Below, one piece after another: positions 31,841-40,967 of a DNA stretch of 64,000 nt. Source of the DNA: a bacterium (lineage in GTDB: Bacteria > Bacteroidota > Ignavibacteria > UBA10030); NCBI GenBank assembly GCA_043803945.1, contig JAZDJN010000087.1, forward strand, positions 128,001 to 192,000, in the 5' to 3' direction. The position numbers were made by a program, and so were the translations under genes. The notes beneath the pieces are model-generated. The model had not been told where the DNA came from. It made no database searches and worked only from the letters and a program-made list of their open reading frames with translations. Numbering within the stretch: position 1 is the first letter of the stretch; each line of letters opens with the position of its first letter.

Positions 31841-33898
31841 ATGAACCTTAACTCACGTATGATCTTCCCGGCGATTGTGCTGCTTCTCCTTCTGCCGCTG
31901 CTGCTGGCCGGGCAAACCCGCCTGCCATTGAAGACCACTTCAAGCGGGCAGGGCGGAACGTGGGAGCCAATTGGACCTGAAGGAGGAAGTATGACTGCAC
32001 TCATTCAGGATCCGGGAAATGCACTGACGCTCTATGCTGCAGCCTCGGGAAATCCATGCCGAATCTACAAATCGGTCGACTTCGGCAAGAAATGGTCGCT
32101 TGTATCGATCATCGATAACAACATCCTTGGCCTCGGCTTCCACCCTCTCAAAAAATCGCTGCTCTACGCCTATTCAAGTACCTCCAATTACGATTCATCG
32201 GATCCGCTGGAGCAGTCCAAATTAAAAGCACCTCTGCTTTACACAAGTGCAGATGGCGGAAAGACATGGACATCAAAGGCCCTTCCTCCATTGTATTCCG
32301 TGTCGAAAATTCAATTCGATCCTGTGAATTCATCGACCATCCATGCACTTGCTTCTTCAACCGGGCTTGCGGGAAGTGTCTACCTCAAGAGCACCAATGA
32401 CGGCGAGACGTGGAATGTGACTGTGATTCTCAACGAACAGTCGTACGCTTCAGCAATGGATGTTGATCCTGATGATCCCAACCACATCATCATCGGAGCA
32501 TACAGTTACTCATTCACCACAACAACCAATGTCCTCTATGAAAGCACAGATGGCGGGAGCCATTTCTCTCCGATCACTTTGAAAAACAGATCGATCTCTC
32601 CTCCCAATGATATTATGTTCGGCCCCAAGGGCTCCAGGTTGGTATTCTTTTCGATGTATGGAGGAATCTATAAAAGTACCGACCGTGGAAAGAACTGGGA
32701 GAAGAACAAGGGAACCATCGATCTGGCACAACGGATATGGATGAATCCTACAAATGCAAATCACATGGTTGGGACACAGTATCGCGGCTTAATGCAAAGC
32801 GAAGATGGCGGCGTAACGTGGAAAACGGCTCCTGGAAAATTACTGGGTAATGTTTCCGACGGACTGATTGTCGGAGCGGGAACCAAGCCGGAAATTCTCA
32901 TCACCACTTCGGCAGGGATTTTCCGAACAGCGGATTATGGAAAGAGCTGGAAGGCAAGCCATAAGGGAATTGTTGCCACTCAGGTGATGTCGCTGCGTGT
33001 CGCGCCTTCGTCAACTTCTACACTGTTTGCTGCTCTGATGTCAAATGCTGTATATAAGACAAAAGCCGCTGCGGCTGGAACTGTCGGCTGGGAGCAGTTG
33101 CCGGTATTTTATACCTGTGTCAACATCAACGACATCCTCATCGACGAGAAGGACCCGAATAAAATTCTGGCCCTCGAAGGGGGCGGCTGAGGAAACTCAG
33201 GGCTCTTTATGAGCACAAGTGGCGGCGCCACTTGGAAAGAGATTGATAAAACGATGGACGATGGTTATGCACTGGCCCATGGTTCTTTCTATGCTGTGGG
33301 ATGTATGCTCGACGCAGCAACGCAGTCGAGAAAGATGGTTATCTATAAGAGTGTTGATGATGGAAAAACCTGGAAGAAGAATACGCTGGGCGACAAAGAA
33401 GGTTACCTGAAAGCCATTGCTGTGCATCCATCCGACAAGAACATTCTCCTTGCCGGCGGGCAATGCACGGTGCGCGATGGTATTCAGAGCAAGTTGTATA
33501 AAAGTACCAATGCCGGGGAAACCTGGAATGAGATACTTGCCATGGAAATTTCAAAGAACTCTATCACCGCGCTGCAGTATGATCCATTAAAGCCGGAGCG
33601 TGTACTCGCTGCAACACGAACCGGACTGTTCCTCAGCGAAGATGGGGCATCGTCATGGTCGAAGGCGAAGGAGAATATCGCTGTAACATCGTTGGTGGCC
33701 GATGCCAAAAAGCCCGGGCGCTTCTTTGCCGGAACACCAAAAGGTGTGCTGGCCAGCGAGGATGGCGGAAAATCCTGGAGCGAAATGAATAAGGGCTTGA
33801 CGGTAAAATCTGTGCTGTGCCTGGAGTTTGATTCAAAGAATTCTATTCTCTACGCAGGCACCAGCAATGGCGGCGTGATGAGGATGAATCTGAAGTAA
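31841..33898 (+). CDS. Exported BNR beta-propeller selenoprotein (685 aa, Sec450)
   Basis: In-frame ORF pair; FYTC...ILALEGGG-TGA-GNSGLFMSTSGG; GGAGGT RBS and signal peptide. Confidence 0.85.
33202..33234 (+). promoter_or_regulatory. Double-hairpin candidate SECIS for TGA 33188
   Basis: GCTC-TTTAT-GAGC then CAAGTGGC-GGC-GCCACTTG (8 Watson-Crick pairs). Confidence 0.7.
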
Positions 33899-33910
33899 GC
33901 TTGTCTCATG

Positions 33911-34164
33911 CTGGGAGGGAGCGGTGCTCCCGACCTGGATTTGTTGCGTTCATATCTAACCGTTCGCTGATACATGAAATCTATGCGAAGCGAACGGTTA
34001 GATGCAGTTTCCCATCCCCTTGCCTCCATAGCCAGATTTAATTACTTTTGGCTTACTACATTTTCTGAACTGTTCGGTTTATTCAGAAGTCCGTCTTTTT
34101 ACAAAGATTAATCACTGGCAAAAGACGGACTTCTCCACACACAACGTAGCGAACGGTTAAACGC
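33911..34164. repeat. Cluster of intergenic inverted repeats
   Basis: CTAACCGTTCGCT/AGCGAACGGTTAG; AGAAGTCCGTCTTTT/AAAAGACGGACTTCT; CTGGGAGGGAGC..GCTCCCGAC is the inverse of the element at 29862-29909. Confidence 0.6.
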
Positions 34165-34192
34165 ATTCACAAACCAGCAGATTACTCGATCT

Positions 34193-34735
34193 ATGCCAAT
34201 ACGTAGAAGTGCCGCTATCGTTCTCTTCCTTCTTCTTATAACTATCGGAGCTTTTGGACAGCAACCGGATTCCTCAAGTATGGTTCGCTCCTGGCTCGTT
34301 CTTCAAACCGTACCGAGCATAACCCTCTTTTCAAATCCATCGGATATACCGTTTGCATTCGAGTGGGAAGCGGCTCCCCTGCTCTACTCCTTTGGTATGA
34401 CGAAATTGATCTCACCCTGGCATGTATTTATCGTGATGCCCCCGGCACGATTTTCCGGTTCCATTGAACTAAAGGTCACCGGAGCTTTTCATACGCGAAA
34501 AATAGGCTCTTCGTACTTCGGCAGCTCGGTGCAGCTCATCGGACACATCCCGTTGATGGAGCGGGGCGAATATCTCGGAATGAATATCGGTGTCGCCAAA
34601 TACGCTTATGCCGGATCGTCACCCTTCTTCACTGTCATTGGTGTCTCTACGCTCTTTGGATTTGCGGAGTTCAACCTCAAACATAGCACCGATCCGGCAC
34701 TGTGGGTGGGTTCGCTGGATCTTCGTTTCTTTTAA
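34193..34735 (+). CDS. Hypothetical exported protein, possibly a small beta-barrel
   Basis: Signal peptide; C-terminal LRFF. Confidence 0.65.
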   Translation: MPIRRSAAIVLFLLLITIGAFGQQPDSSSMVRSWLVLQTVPSITLFSNPSDIPFAFEWEAAPLLYSFGMTKLISPWHVFIVMPPARFSGSIELKVTGAFHTRKIGSSYFGSSVQLIGHIPLMERGEYLGMNIGVAKYAYAGSSPFFTVIGVSTLFGFAEFNLKHSTDPALWVGSLDLRFF

Positions 34736-34808
34736 TGGAGAAGATCACTGGTGACATTCTTGCAAAGCCTTCACCACAAAGGGCACTGAGAACACAAAGA
34801 ACATAGAG

Positions 34809-35891
34809 ATGTTTATAAATCCCAAGTTTAAATATCCATTATCTAATCGACGTTCCCCTTTCGCAGTTTGGCGTGCTTGCCCGCCTGCCAATGTGATTTC
34901 TTTTCGACGGGCAGGGCGATTAGAAAATTCGCGAAGGCTTTTCATCGTAAGTAACAGATATGCCATTCGGATATTACTCATTCCTCTCATACTGTTCTCT
35001 CTCTCATTTCAGGGATGCGATTCAATAGCGGGCCGTTTCTTCTCACGCACAGTTGAACGCTTTGGCGAACCTACGCTCGCTATCTCCCACAAAAACTCAA
35101 ATCCAATTCTCTCCAATGTTGAGCTCGCTGTCCTGTGGATCGGACACTCAACCATGCTCATCCAGATACACGATAAAATTTTTCTCACCGATCCTGTCTT
35201 CACGCACACCATTGGCCTCATCTCGGGACGGCAGGTGGAACCCGGCCTCGATCCGGCTTCGCTGACAAAAGTTGATTATGTTTTGATCTCCCATCTCCAT
35301 TTCGACCACTTCAACTTTGGCAGCCTGGACATGCTTCCGAAGCAGGGGTGTCTGGTACTTCCGCCGGGCGGTGCAGCTTATTCACCGGAATTCCATTTTG
35401 CAGAAACGATCGAACTGGAGCAGTGGAAACCGTACGAAGCAGATGGTGTCCGTATCACCGCCGTTCCGGTAAAACACTTCAGCGGACGGTACGGGTTTGA
35501 TGCATGGTGGTCTGGAGACCGCGGTTACACCGGATATATAATCGAATACAAAGGCAAAACCGTTTTCATCGGCGGCGATACAGCGTATAACTCGACCTTG
35601 TTCAAAACGATCGGATCACGCTATACTATCGATCTCGCGTGTCTCCCAATCGCACCGATCGAACCGCGGCAATATATGCAGCGCTTCCACACCGATCCGA
35701 ATGAAGCAATTCGCGTGATGGAGGATCTGGGGGCAAAAGTGATGGTCCCTATACACCATCGCACACTCTTCCTCGGCCTCGAAGCGAAAGAAACATCCGC
35801 ACAGGAACTGCTTCAAACACTGATTCAGCAAAAACGGTATCAAAAGCGAATAAGGATCCTCGACATTGGAGAACAGATCATTCTTGAATAG
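34809..35891 (+). CDS. MBL-fold metallohydrolase (NAPE-PLD/UlaG-like), probable lipoprotein; true start uncertain
   Basis: WIGHST, TDPVF, SHLHFDH, GDTAY, PIHH motifs. Confidence 0.85.
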   Translation: MFINPKFKYPLSNRRSPFAVWRACPPANVISFRRAGRLENSRRLFIVSNRYAIRILLIPLILFSLSFQGCDSIAGRFFSRTVERFGEPTLAISHKNSNPILSNVELAVLWIGHSTMLIQIHDKIFLTDPVFTHTIGLISGRQVEPGLDPASLTKVDYVLISHLHFDHFNFGSLDMLPKQGCLVLPPGGAAYSPEFHFAETIELEQWKPYEADGVRITAVPVKHFSGRYGFDAWWSGDRGYTGYIIEYKGKTVFIGGDTAYNSTLFKTIGSRYTIDLACLPIAPIEPRQYMQRFHTDPNEAIRVMEDLGAKVMVPIHHRTLFLGLEAKETSAQELLQTLIQQKRYQKRIRILDIGEQIILE

Positions 35892-36831
35892 TAAGAGAGT
35901 TGTCGTACTTCCATCTTTCCTCCTGCTCATTTTGCTATTACTATCAGGCTGTGGGCCGCTCAACACAGGTTTAATGAGCCGCTTTCTGGATGGCATGTTC
36001 AACTCGGCTCAGATGGTCAAGCCAACGGTCACTCAACCAATTCTCCCGACGGTCGGCCTGTCTGCTCTCTGGATCGGGCACTCCAGTGTGCTGGTTCAGA
36101 TTGAGGACAAAGTGTTTCTCACCGACCCTGTCTTCTCCAATACCATTGGAATGCTGGCACCACGGGCATACAGCGCAGGCCTCGACCCGCGCTCCATCTC
36201 CAAGGTGGACGTTGTCCTGATCTCACACCTTCATATGGATCACTTTGCGTTTGGAAGCATCGATCAACTTCCAAAACATGGAATGCTCGTGCTGCCTCCG
36301 GGCGGTTCTGTGTACTCGCCTGATTTCGGTTTCAAAGAAACTGTTGAATTAAAGACATGGACTGTGTATGAACAGGATGGTATTCGCATTACAGCCGTGC
36401 CGGTCATGCATTTCAGCGGGCGATATGGATTCGATTCACAGTGGCAAAGCGAACCGGGGTATGGAGGCTACGTTGTAGAATATAAGGGTAGATCGTTCTT
36501 TTATCCCGGCGATACCGGCTACCGCCAAAATTTCTTTCAGGAAATCGGTGAGCGATTCAGAATTGATCTCGCAATTCTTCCGATCGGTCCAGCCGGATCT
36601 GCTGATCGGATTGCATCACGGATTCATGCGGGGCCGCTTGGCGCATTGGAAATTCTCAAGGAGGTCAAAGGAAAGTATATGATTCCGGTACACTATATGG
36701 CTTTCTTTCAGGGGTTTGAGGCAACGCCTACCCGACCAAGAGAGGTTCTTGATAAAACCGTGAAGGAGCGGGGCATGCAGGAGCGTGTCTTCATCCTGGA
36801 GATTGGAGAGCAAAAAATAATAATACCATAA
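35866..36831 (+). CDS. MBL-fold metallohydrolase, tandem paralog, lipoprotein
   Basis: LSGC lipobox; SHLHMDH, GDTGY, PVHY motifs. Confidence 0.88.
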   Translation: MENRSFLNSKRVVVLPSFLLLILLLLSGCGPLNTGLMSRFLDGMFNSAQMVKPTVTQPILPTVGLSALWIGHSSVLVQIEDKVFLTDPVFSNTIGMLAPRAYSAGLDPRSISKVDVVLISHLHMDHFAFGSIDQLPKHGMLVLPPGGSVYSPDFGFKETVELKTWTVYEQDGIRITAVPVMHFSGRYGFDSQWQSEPGYGGYVVEYKGRSFFYPGDTGYRQNFFQEIGERFRIDLAILPIGPAGSADRIASRIHAGPLGALEILKEVKGKYMIPVHYMAFFQGFEATPTRPREVLDKTVKERGMQERVFILEIGEQKIIIP

Positions 36832-36970
36832 TAAGCTGAAATGAAAGAGTAGAAAGGGACAAGAATACGTACACTATGCAGAGAATGCCCCGTAAGGGGC
36901 AGAATGTTTATAGCTTAACCAAATAACGATGAATGATCTCCGTTAGGAGCGAAATACTTAAAAGGAAAAT

Positions 36971-37927
36971 TTGGCCATGCAAATATGCATGAGAATGTCT
37001 TCAACAATTATCGCGTTAAGTCTCTTCATACTGTTTACAGTACCGGCAACAGAATCGTTTTCTAAGGAGACTCGAGATCGAACATTGCAGCGTAAACTCG
37101 AGCAGCTTGTGAAGGGATTCAGGGGAGATGTTGGAATATACGTTCGGAATTTGAAGACCGGAAAAAGTGCCGCCATCAATGCCGACTCCCTTTTCCCGGC
37201 AGCAAGCCTTGTGAAGATACCAATTCTTTTTTCTCTCTTCGAGAAAATCGAAAACGGAGAACTGCAGTATGGAGCAACATTGGTATACCGTGATTCTCTT
37301 CTTTATCCTGGAGACGATATTCTCGGAGCATTCAAGGATACAGCAACAATCACCTTGAGCAAGGTGGTAATGTTGACGCTCACAACCAGCGATAATACGG
37401 CGAGCCTCTGGCTGCAGCAACTGGCTGGAACCGGGCTTGCCATCAATGCGTGGCTGGAGAAAAATAATTTCCGCCAGTCGCGTGTGAATTCAAGAACACC
37501 CGGACGGGAAGAGAACCGCAGACAATATGGCTGGGGACAGACCACACCGCGTGAAATGGCGGAGATGCTGGTAATGATTCGCCAGGGACGGGCTATCAGT
37601 AAAGCGGCGAGTGATGAGATGTACCGCTGCCTTTCCCGAACCTATTGGGACCAGGAGGCCTGTTCAGAAATACCTCCGTACATCCATGTTACATCGAAAC
37701 AGGGTGCTGTTGATCAATCGCGGTCAGAAGTTCTTCTTGTTAGTGCACCCTCAGGAGATTATGTGTTTTCTGTTATCACAAAGAACCAGCAGCATACAAG
37801 CTGGAAGGAGGACAACGAAGGATTTGTGTTGTTGCGAAGTGTCTCGAAGCTGCTCTGGAAATACTACGAGCCAAAATCGAAGTGGAAACCCGCAGAGGGG
37901 AAAGAGAAGTACGGGAAAGAATATTAA
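36971..37927 (+). CDS. Class A beta-lactamase-like serine hydrolase
   Basis: FPAASLVK (SxxK), SDN and KQG motifs. Confidence 0.85.
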   Translation: MAMQICMRMSSTIIALSLFILFTVPATESFSKETRDRTLQRKLEQLVKGFRGDVGIYVRNLKTGKSAAINADSLFPAASLVKIPILFSLFEKIENGELQYGATLVYRDSLLYPGDDILGAFKDTATITLSKVVMLTLTTSDNTASLWLQQLAGTGLAINAWLEKNNFRQSRVNSRTPGREENRRQYGWGQTTPREMAEMLVMIRQGRAISKAASDEMYRCLSRTYWDQEACSEIPPYIHVTSKQGAVDQSRSEVLLVSAPSGDYVFSVITKNQQHTSWKEDNEGFVLLRSVSKLLWKYYEPKSKWKPAEGKEKYGKEY

Positions 37928-37974
37928 GGAAGAACATTAGCCGCCGAGACGCCAAGGATATGGTGGGTGTTTTA

Positions 37975-38421
37975 CTAGTACTGCCTAAACTTTGTTTTTG
38001 AGATCCCGCTGAGAGAAAAAAAATAGGATTTCAATGTGGCGATAAATCCAACTGAAAGGGCACAGGTCACAACGATAACCTGGATGATAACTCCGGTAGA
38101 GTTCTCTAATTGCTGAGCATACCACATCAATGCAGTTACGAGAACCATTGGAATGACAAGCTTTCGTTCAAGTTCCCACTCCAATTTCATAGGTAATTCT
38201 TCCCGTTCCTTCTCAATAGTTTTTATAGATGCGATGAGCTGCTGTGATGGTACAACAATAGGAATACTTTGAAGATCCTGATGAATCCTGAGTATCTCTT
38301 CCTTATAGAGTCCACAGTGGGCACACTCTGCCAGGTGGCTTTCCATTTCAGCGGACAAATCCTCAGAGGATTCTGATGCGAGCAAACGATTCAATTGCTC
38401 TTTAAAATCATCACAGGTCAT
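37975..38421 (-). CDS. Zinc-finger (zf-HC2) membrane anti-sigma factor
   Basis: MTC...HLAECAHC motif, two C-terminal TM helices, overlaps the sigma stop codon. Confidence 0.85.
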   Translation of the reverse strand: MTCDDFKEQLNRLLASESSEDLSAEMESHLAECAHCGLYKEEILRIHQDLQSIPIVVPSQQLIASIKTIEKEREELPMKLEWELERKLVIPMVLVTALMWYAQQLENSTGVIIQVIVVTCALSVGFIATLKSYFFSLSGISKTKFRQY

Positions 38422-38942
38422 ACCATTACCTTTCTCTTCATAACCATTGTTCTCAATCGCTCTCGGCCTCGATGAAGTGCTGTACCGACTGTACCCACTG
38501 GAATTTCTAAGATCATAGCAATTTCATTATAATCCATTCCTTCAAGATAGAAGAGCGTAATTGCAGACGCTTCACCATCTGGAAGCCGGGCAATGAGATC
38601 TGCCAGTATTTGTCTCTCCTCTTGTTGGATGAGCAGGGTCTCCGGGGTAGCGTGCTCCAGTGGAAGAGACTCTGTGTCCATGACCTGATTATTCTCAAGG
38701 GAAACAACAGGAAGCACTTTTTTTGCCCTTCTCGACAGGCAAATATTTGTGGTAATTTTCCAGATCCAGGTGGAAAGCTGTGCTTCTTGACGAAAATGAG
38801 GAAGCCCTTGATGGACACGGAGAAAGACATCGAATACCGCTTCTTCAGCGTCCAAACAGTTTCCCAACATTCTTAATGCATGGTTATAAACATGTGTAGA
38901 AAAATCATCCACAATATTTTGAAATTCCCTGGAAGCGAGCAC
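38418..38942 (-). CDS. ECF RNA polymerase sigma factor
   Basis: DAEEAVFDVFL...LSTWIWKITTN (region 2); EGMDYNEIAMILEIPVGTVGTALHRGR (region 4). Confidence 0.92.
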   Translation of the reverse strand: MLASREFQNIVDDFSTHVYNHALRMLGNCLDAEEAVFDVFLRVHQGLPHFRQEAQLSTWIWKITTNICLSRRAKKVLPVVSLENNQVMDTESLPLEHATPETLLIQQEERQILADLIARLPDGEASAITLFYLEGMDYNEIAMILEIPVGTVGTALHRGRERLRTMVMKRKVMV

Positions 38943-39008
38943 GAGTTATGTCTCACGTATTATTATTAACGCGAACCCATAGTCTGTTCTGAGCTGTTCC
39001 TCCATGAG

Positions 39009-39070
39009 TTAGACTCATCTAATATAGTATTTCTTTCAAGTGAAAGAAAAATAATCTTGATCGAGTCTAA
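39009..39070. promoter_or_regulatory. Back-to-back twin ECF-type promoters, TGAAAG-N18-GTCTAA on each strand
   Basis: Plus strand: TGAAAG 39041-39046 and GTCTAA 39065-39070; minus strand: TGAAAG 39038-39033 and GTCTAA 39014-39009. Confidence 0.75.
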
Positions 39071-39098
39071 GTACATACACGAAGAAGGAGATTAATCT

Positions 39099-39461
39099 AT
39101 GGAGCTCTTCGCTCAGACTGCACAAATAACAATATTCACAGTTGCTATAACGCTTGCCACAATTTGGGAATATTCGAAACGTGAGCGTATACACAAGGAA
39201 AAAATGCTCTATCTATCGAAACTCACCGAATTGCCTGAAATACTGCCAGATATTGATCTTCCTAAAATATTAATCACAGGCCTCGTAGCGCTTTTTGCGT
39301 TTGCCGGCGGCATTAGTGTTATTGTCATGATGGTTGTGTTCATGTTGTCGACAACGTTCATTGCACTCTATATTGCATGTTCATTATTTATGATTTCACT
39401 CTTTCTTATGCTGATTGTACTCCGGGATTATCAGCTTTACTTAAAAGAACGAAAAGGGTAG
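39099..39461 (+). CDS. Small membrane protein
   Basis: AAGGAG RBS; 3 hydrophobic segments; downstream of the ECF-type promoter. Confidence 0.7.
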   Translation: MELFAQTAQITIFTVAITLATIWEYSKRERIHKEKMLYLSKLTELPEILPDIDLPKILITGLVALFAFAGGISVIVMMVVFMLSTTFIALYIACSLFMISLFLMLIVLRDYQLYLKERKG

Positions 39462-39469
39462 GACACAAT

Positions 39470-39853
39470 ATGGTTACTATACTATTATTTGAAGCATTGA
39501 TCGCGGGCTGGATCCTCATGAGGCAAGAACGGCGCCATGCTATGGAAGAACGGTACTACTTAAAACAATTAGGAATGCCGGACCCGTCACCAAAACCAAC
39601 ACTTCTAGTGTTCGAATCCTGGCTGACAGTGACAACCGGGGCTGCGCTTTTTGTTGGAGGTGTCTGGTTATTATCGATTTTCCTGCCTCATCTCGGGAAA
39701 TTTATGAAGATGCCTCATGGAGCAATATCCTTGTTCATGCCGATTCTTTTGGTGGCAGTTGGTTTTGCGCTTCTATTCCTTGGAATAAAATCTCTCCTCA
39801 CCCACAAAAAAGTCCGTGAAGAATCTTTTTCCCATGTTGAACGTTATCCCTGA
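39470..39853 (+). CDS. Small membrane protein, architecture similar to the upstream gene
   Basis: TM-ERRH.ME..YL..L-TM-TM parallels TM-ERIHKE..YL..L-TM-TM. Confidence 0.65.
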   Translation: MVTILLFEALIAGWILMRQERRHAMEERYYLKQLGMPDPSPKPTLLVFESWLTVTTGAALFVGGVWLLSIFLPHLGKFMKMPHGAISLFMPILLVAVGFALLFLGIKSLLTHKKVREESFSHVERYP

Positions 39854-40138
39854 TTTAGAATGGACAATGAAAACCAGAATTATGGAGAATCATTTCTGCA
39901 AGGAGAAAATGCCCCACTAAGGGCAGTATGTACCGCATTGAACCTTCCGAAGGTTTCTAGGATTAATCGCCGATACCTTCGGAAGGTCACGTTTTTCTAA
40001 CCGCAGGCGATGCTAAGGATTTTAACACAATCGCATTTTCCATTTTCCTTTTTGCCTTGGTGATTCTACTGTTTTTCTAATGACTTTTTACCTTTCATTG
40101 CGTACCATCGGTAAGTAAGAATTCATCAAGGATCATCT

Positions 40139-40732
40139 ATGCCTCCGATTCTTTCATTTCTCCTTCTCATCGGCGGCACATATTTATACAGCTCCTGGCA
40201 GATGAGAAGATTGAAAGCACAGCTCACCGGGCAGGAATTCCCCAAAGAGTGGCAGCGAAACCTGTTCAATTATGGAGCATTGATTTCCATTGTCCTCGTG
40301 ATCAACGCGGTGAGCTATATGAAGATGCGAGAATTTGACATGACGATGATGATGTACCAAGAGGTCGTAATGCCGGATGGCACCATTGGTGAACCTACGT
40401 CTTCGGGATTGTTCATCGGACAGCTTGAAGTCGTCGGCGGAACACTCTCCCTGCTTGCCCTGGTCTGGGGAACCATCCAGAGAAAGGTGGAGACACTCAA
40501 TCCAAAGGATCAAACATCCACGCTCCAGGTGATGGCTGCCGTAACACAAAGTCTGCTTGCGCCATTTTGGCTTGCAACTCTCGGCATCGGATCACTGTTC
40601 GGTATCTCTTCTGGTTTCGGATTGAGGGATATTATCCGCCACGCTGAGCTTATCATGGGCCCTCCTCTCATCATGGCACTTGAACTCACCGCTATTTGGG
40701 CATTTCTGAAATTCGGTGTTACACGGGAATAG
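40139..40732 (+). CDS. Hypothetical membrane protein
   Basis: 197 aa with about 5 hydrophobic segments. Confidence 0.65.
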   Translation: MPPILSFLLLIGGTYLYSSWQMRRLKAQLTGQEFPKEWQRNLFNYGALISIVLVINAVSYMKMREFDMTMMMYQEVVMPDGTIGEPTSSGLFIGQLEVVGGTLSLLALVWGTIQRKVETLNPKDQTSTLQVMAAVTQSLLAPFWLATLGIGSLFGISSGFGLRDIIRHAELIMGPPLIMALELTAIWAFLKFGVTRE

Positions 40733-40967
40733 AATTTACATTAGCCTTGTGGTACGGTTGGACCGTGCCACCGTACACAAGAGTGTTTATCCACTTCCAT
40801 ATAAATCAACAAAAACAGGCTTCTGACTCTCCGGATTCGCAATTAGTGGCTTGCGCTTCATTCAGCTATTTTGTTTCTTTACTACTACTGCATCCTTCAC
40901 CGAGCATCTTATGAGGGCAAATCCTCATGAGATGACTCCATCTCTCAAACTGTAAGAGGTTATCCTT

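Noticed and set aside
22142-33898. Downstream propeller halves as independent genes (ATG/GTG 21 nt after each TGA)
   Set aside because: They start in mid-blade, lack signal peptides and a well-spaced RBS, and the intervening codons GNSGL(Y/F) are conserved as protein
40908-40960. c-di-GMP-like riboswitch upstream of the CHASE2-like genes (GGGCAAA, two hairpins)
   Set aside because: Only short hairpins are seen; the remaining aptamer consensus is not recognisable
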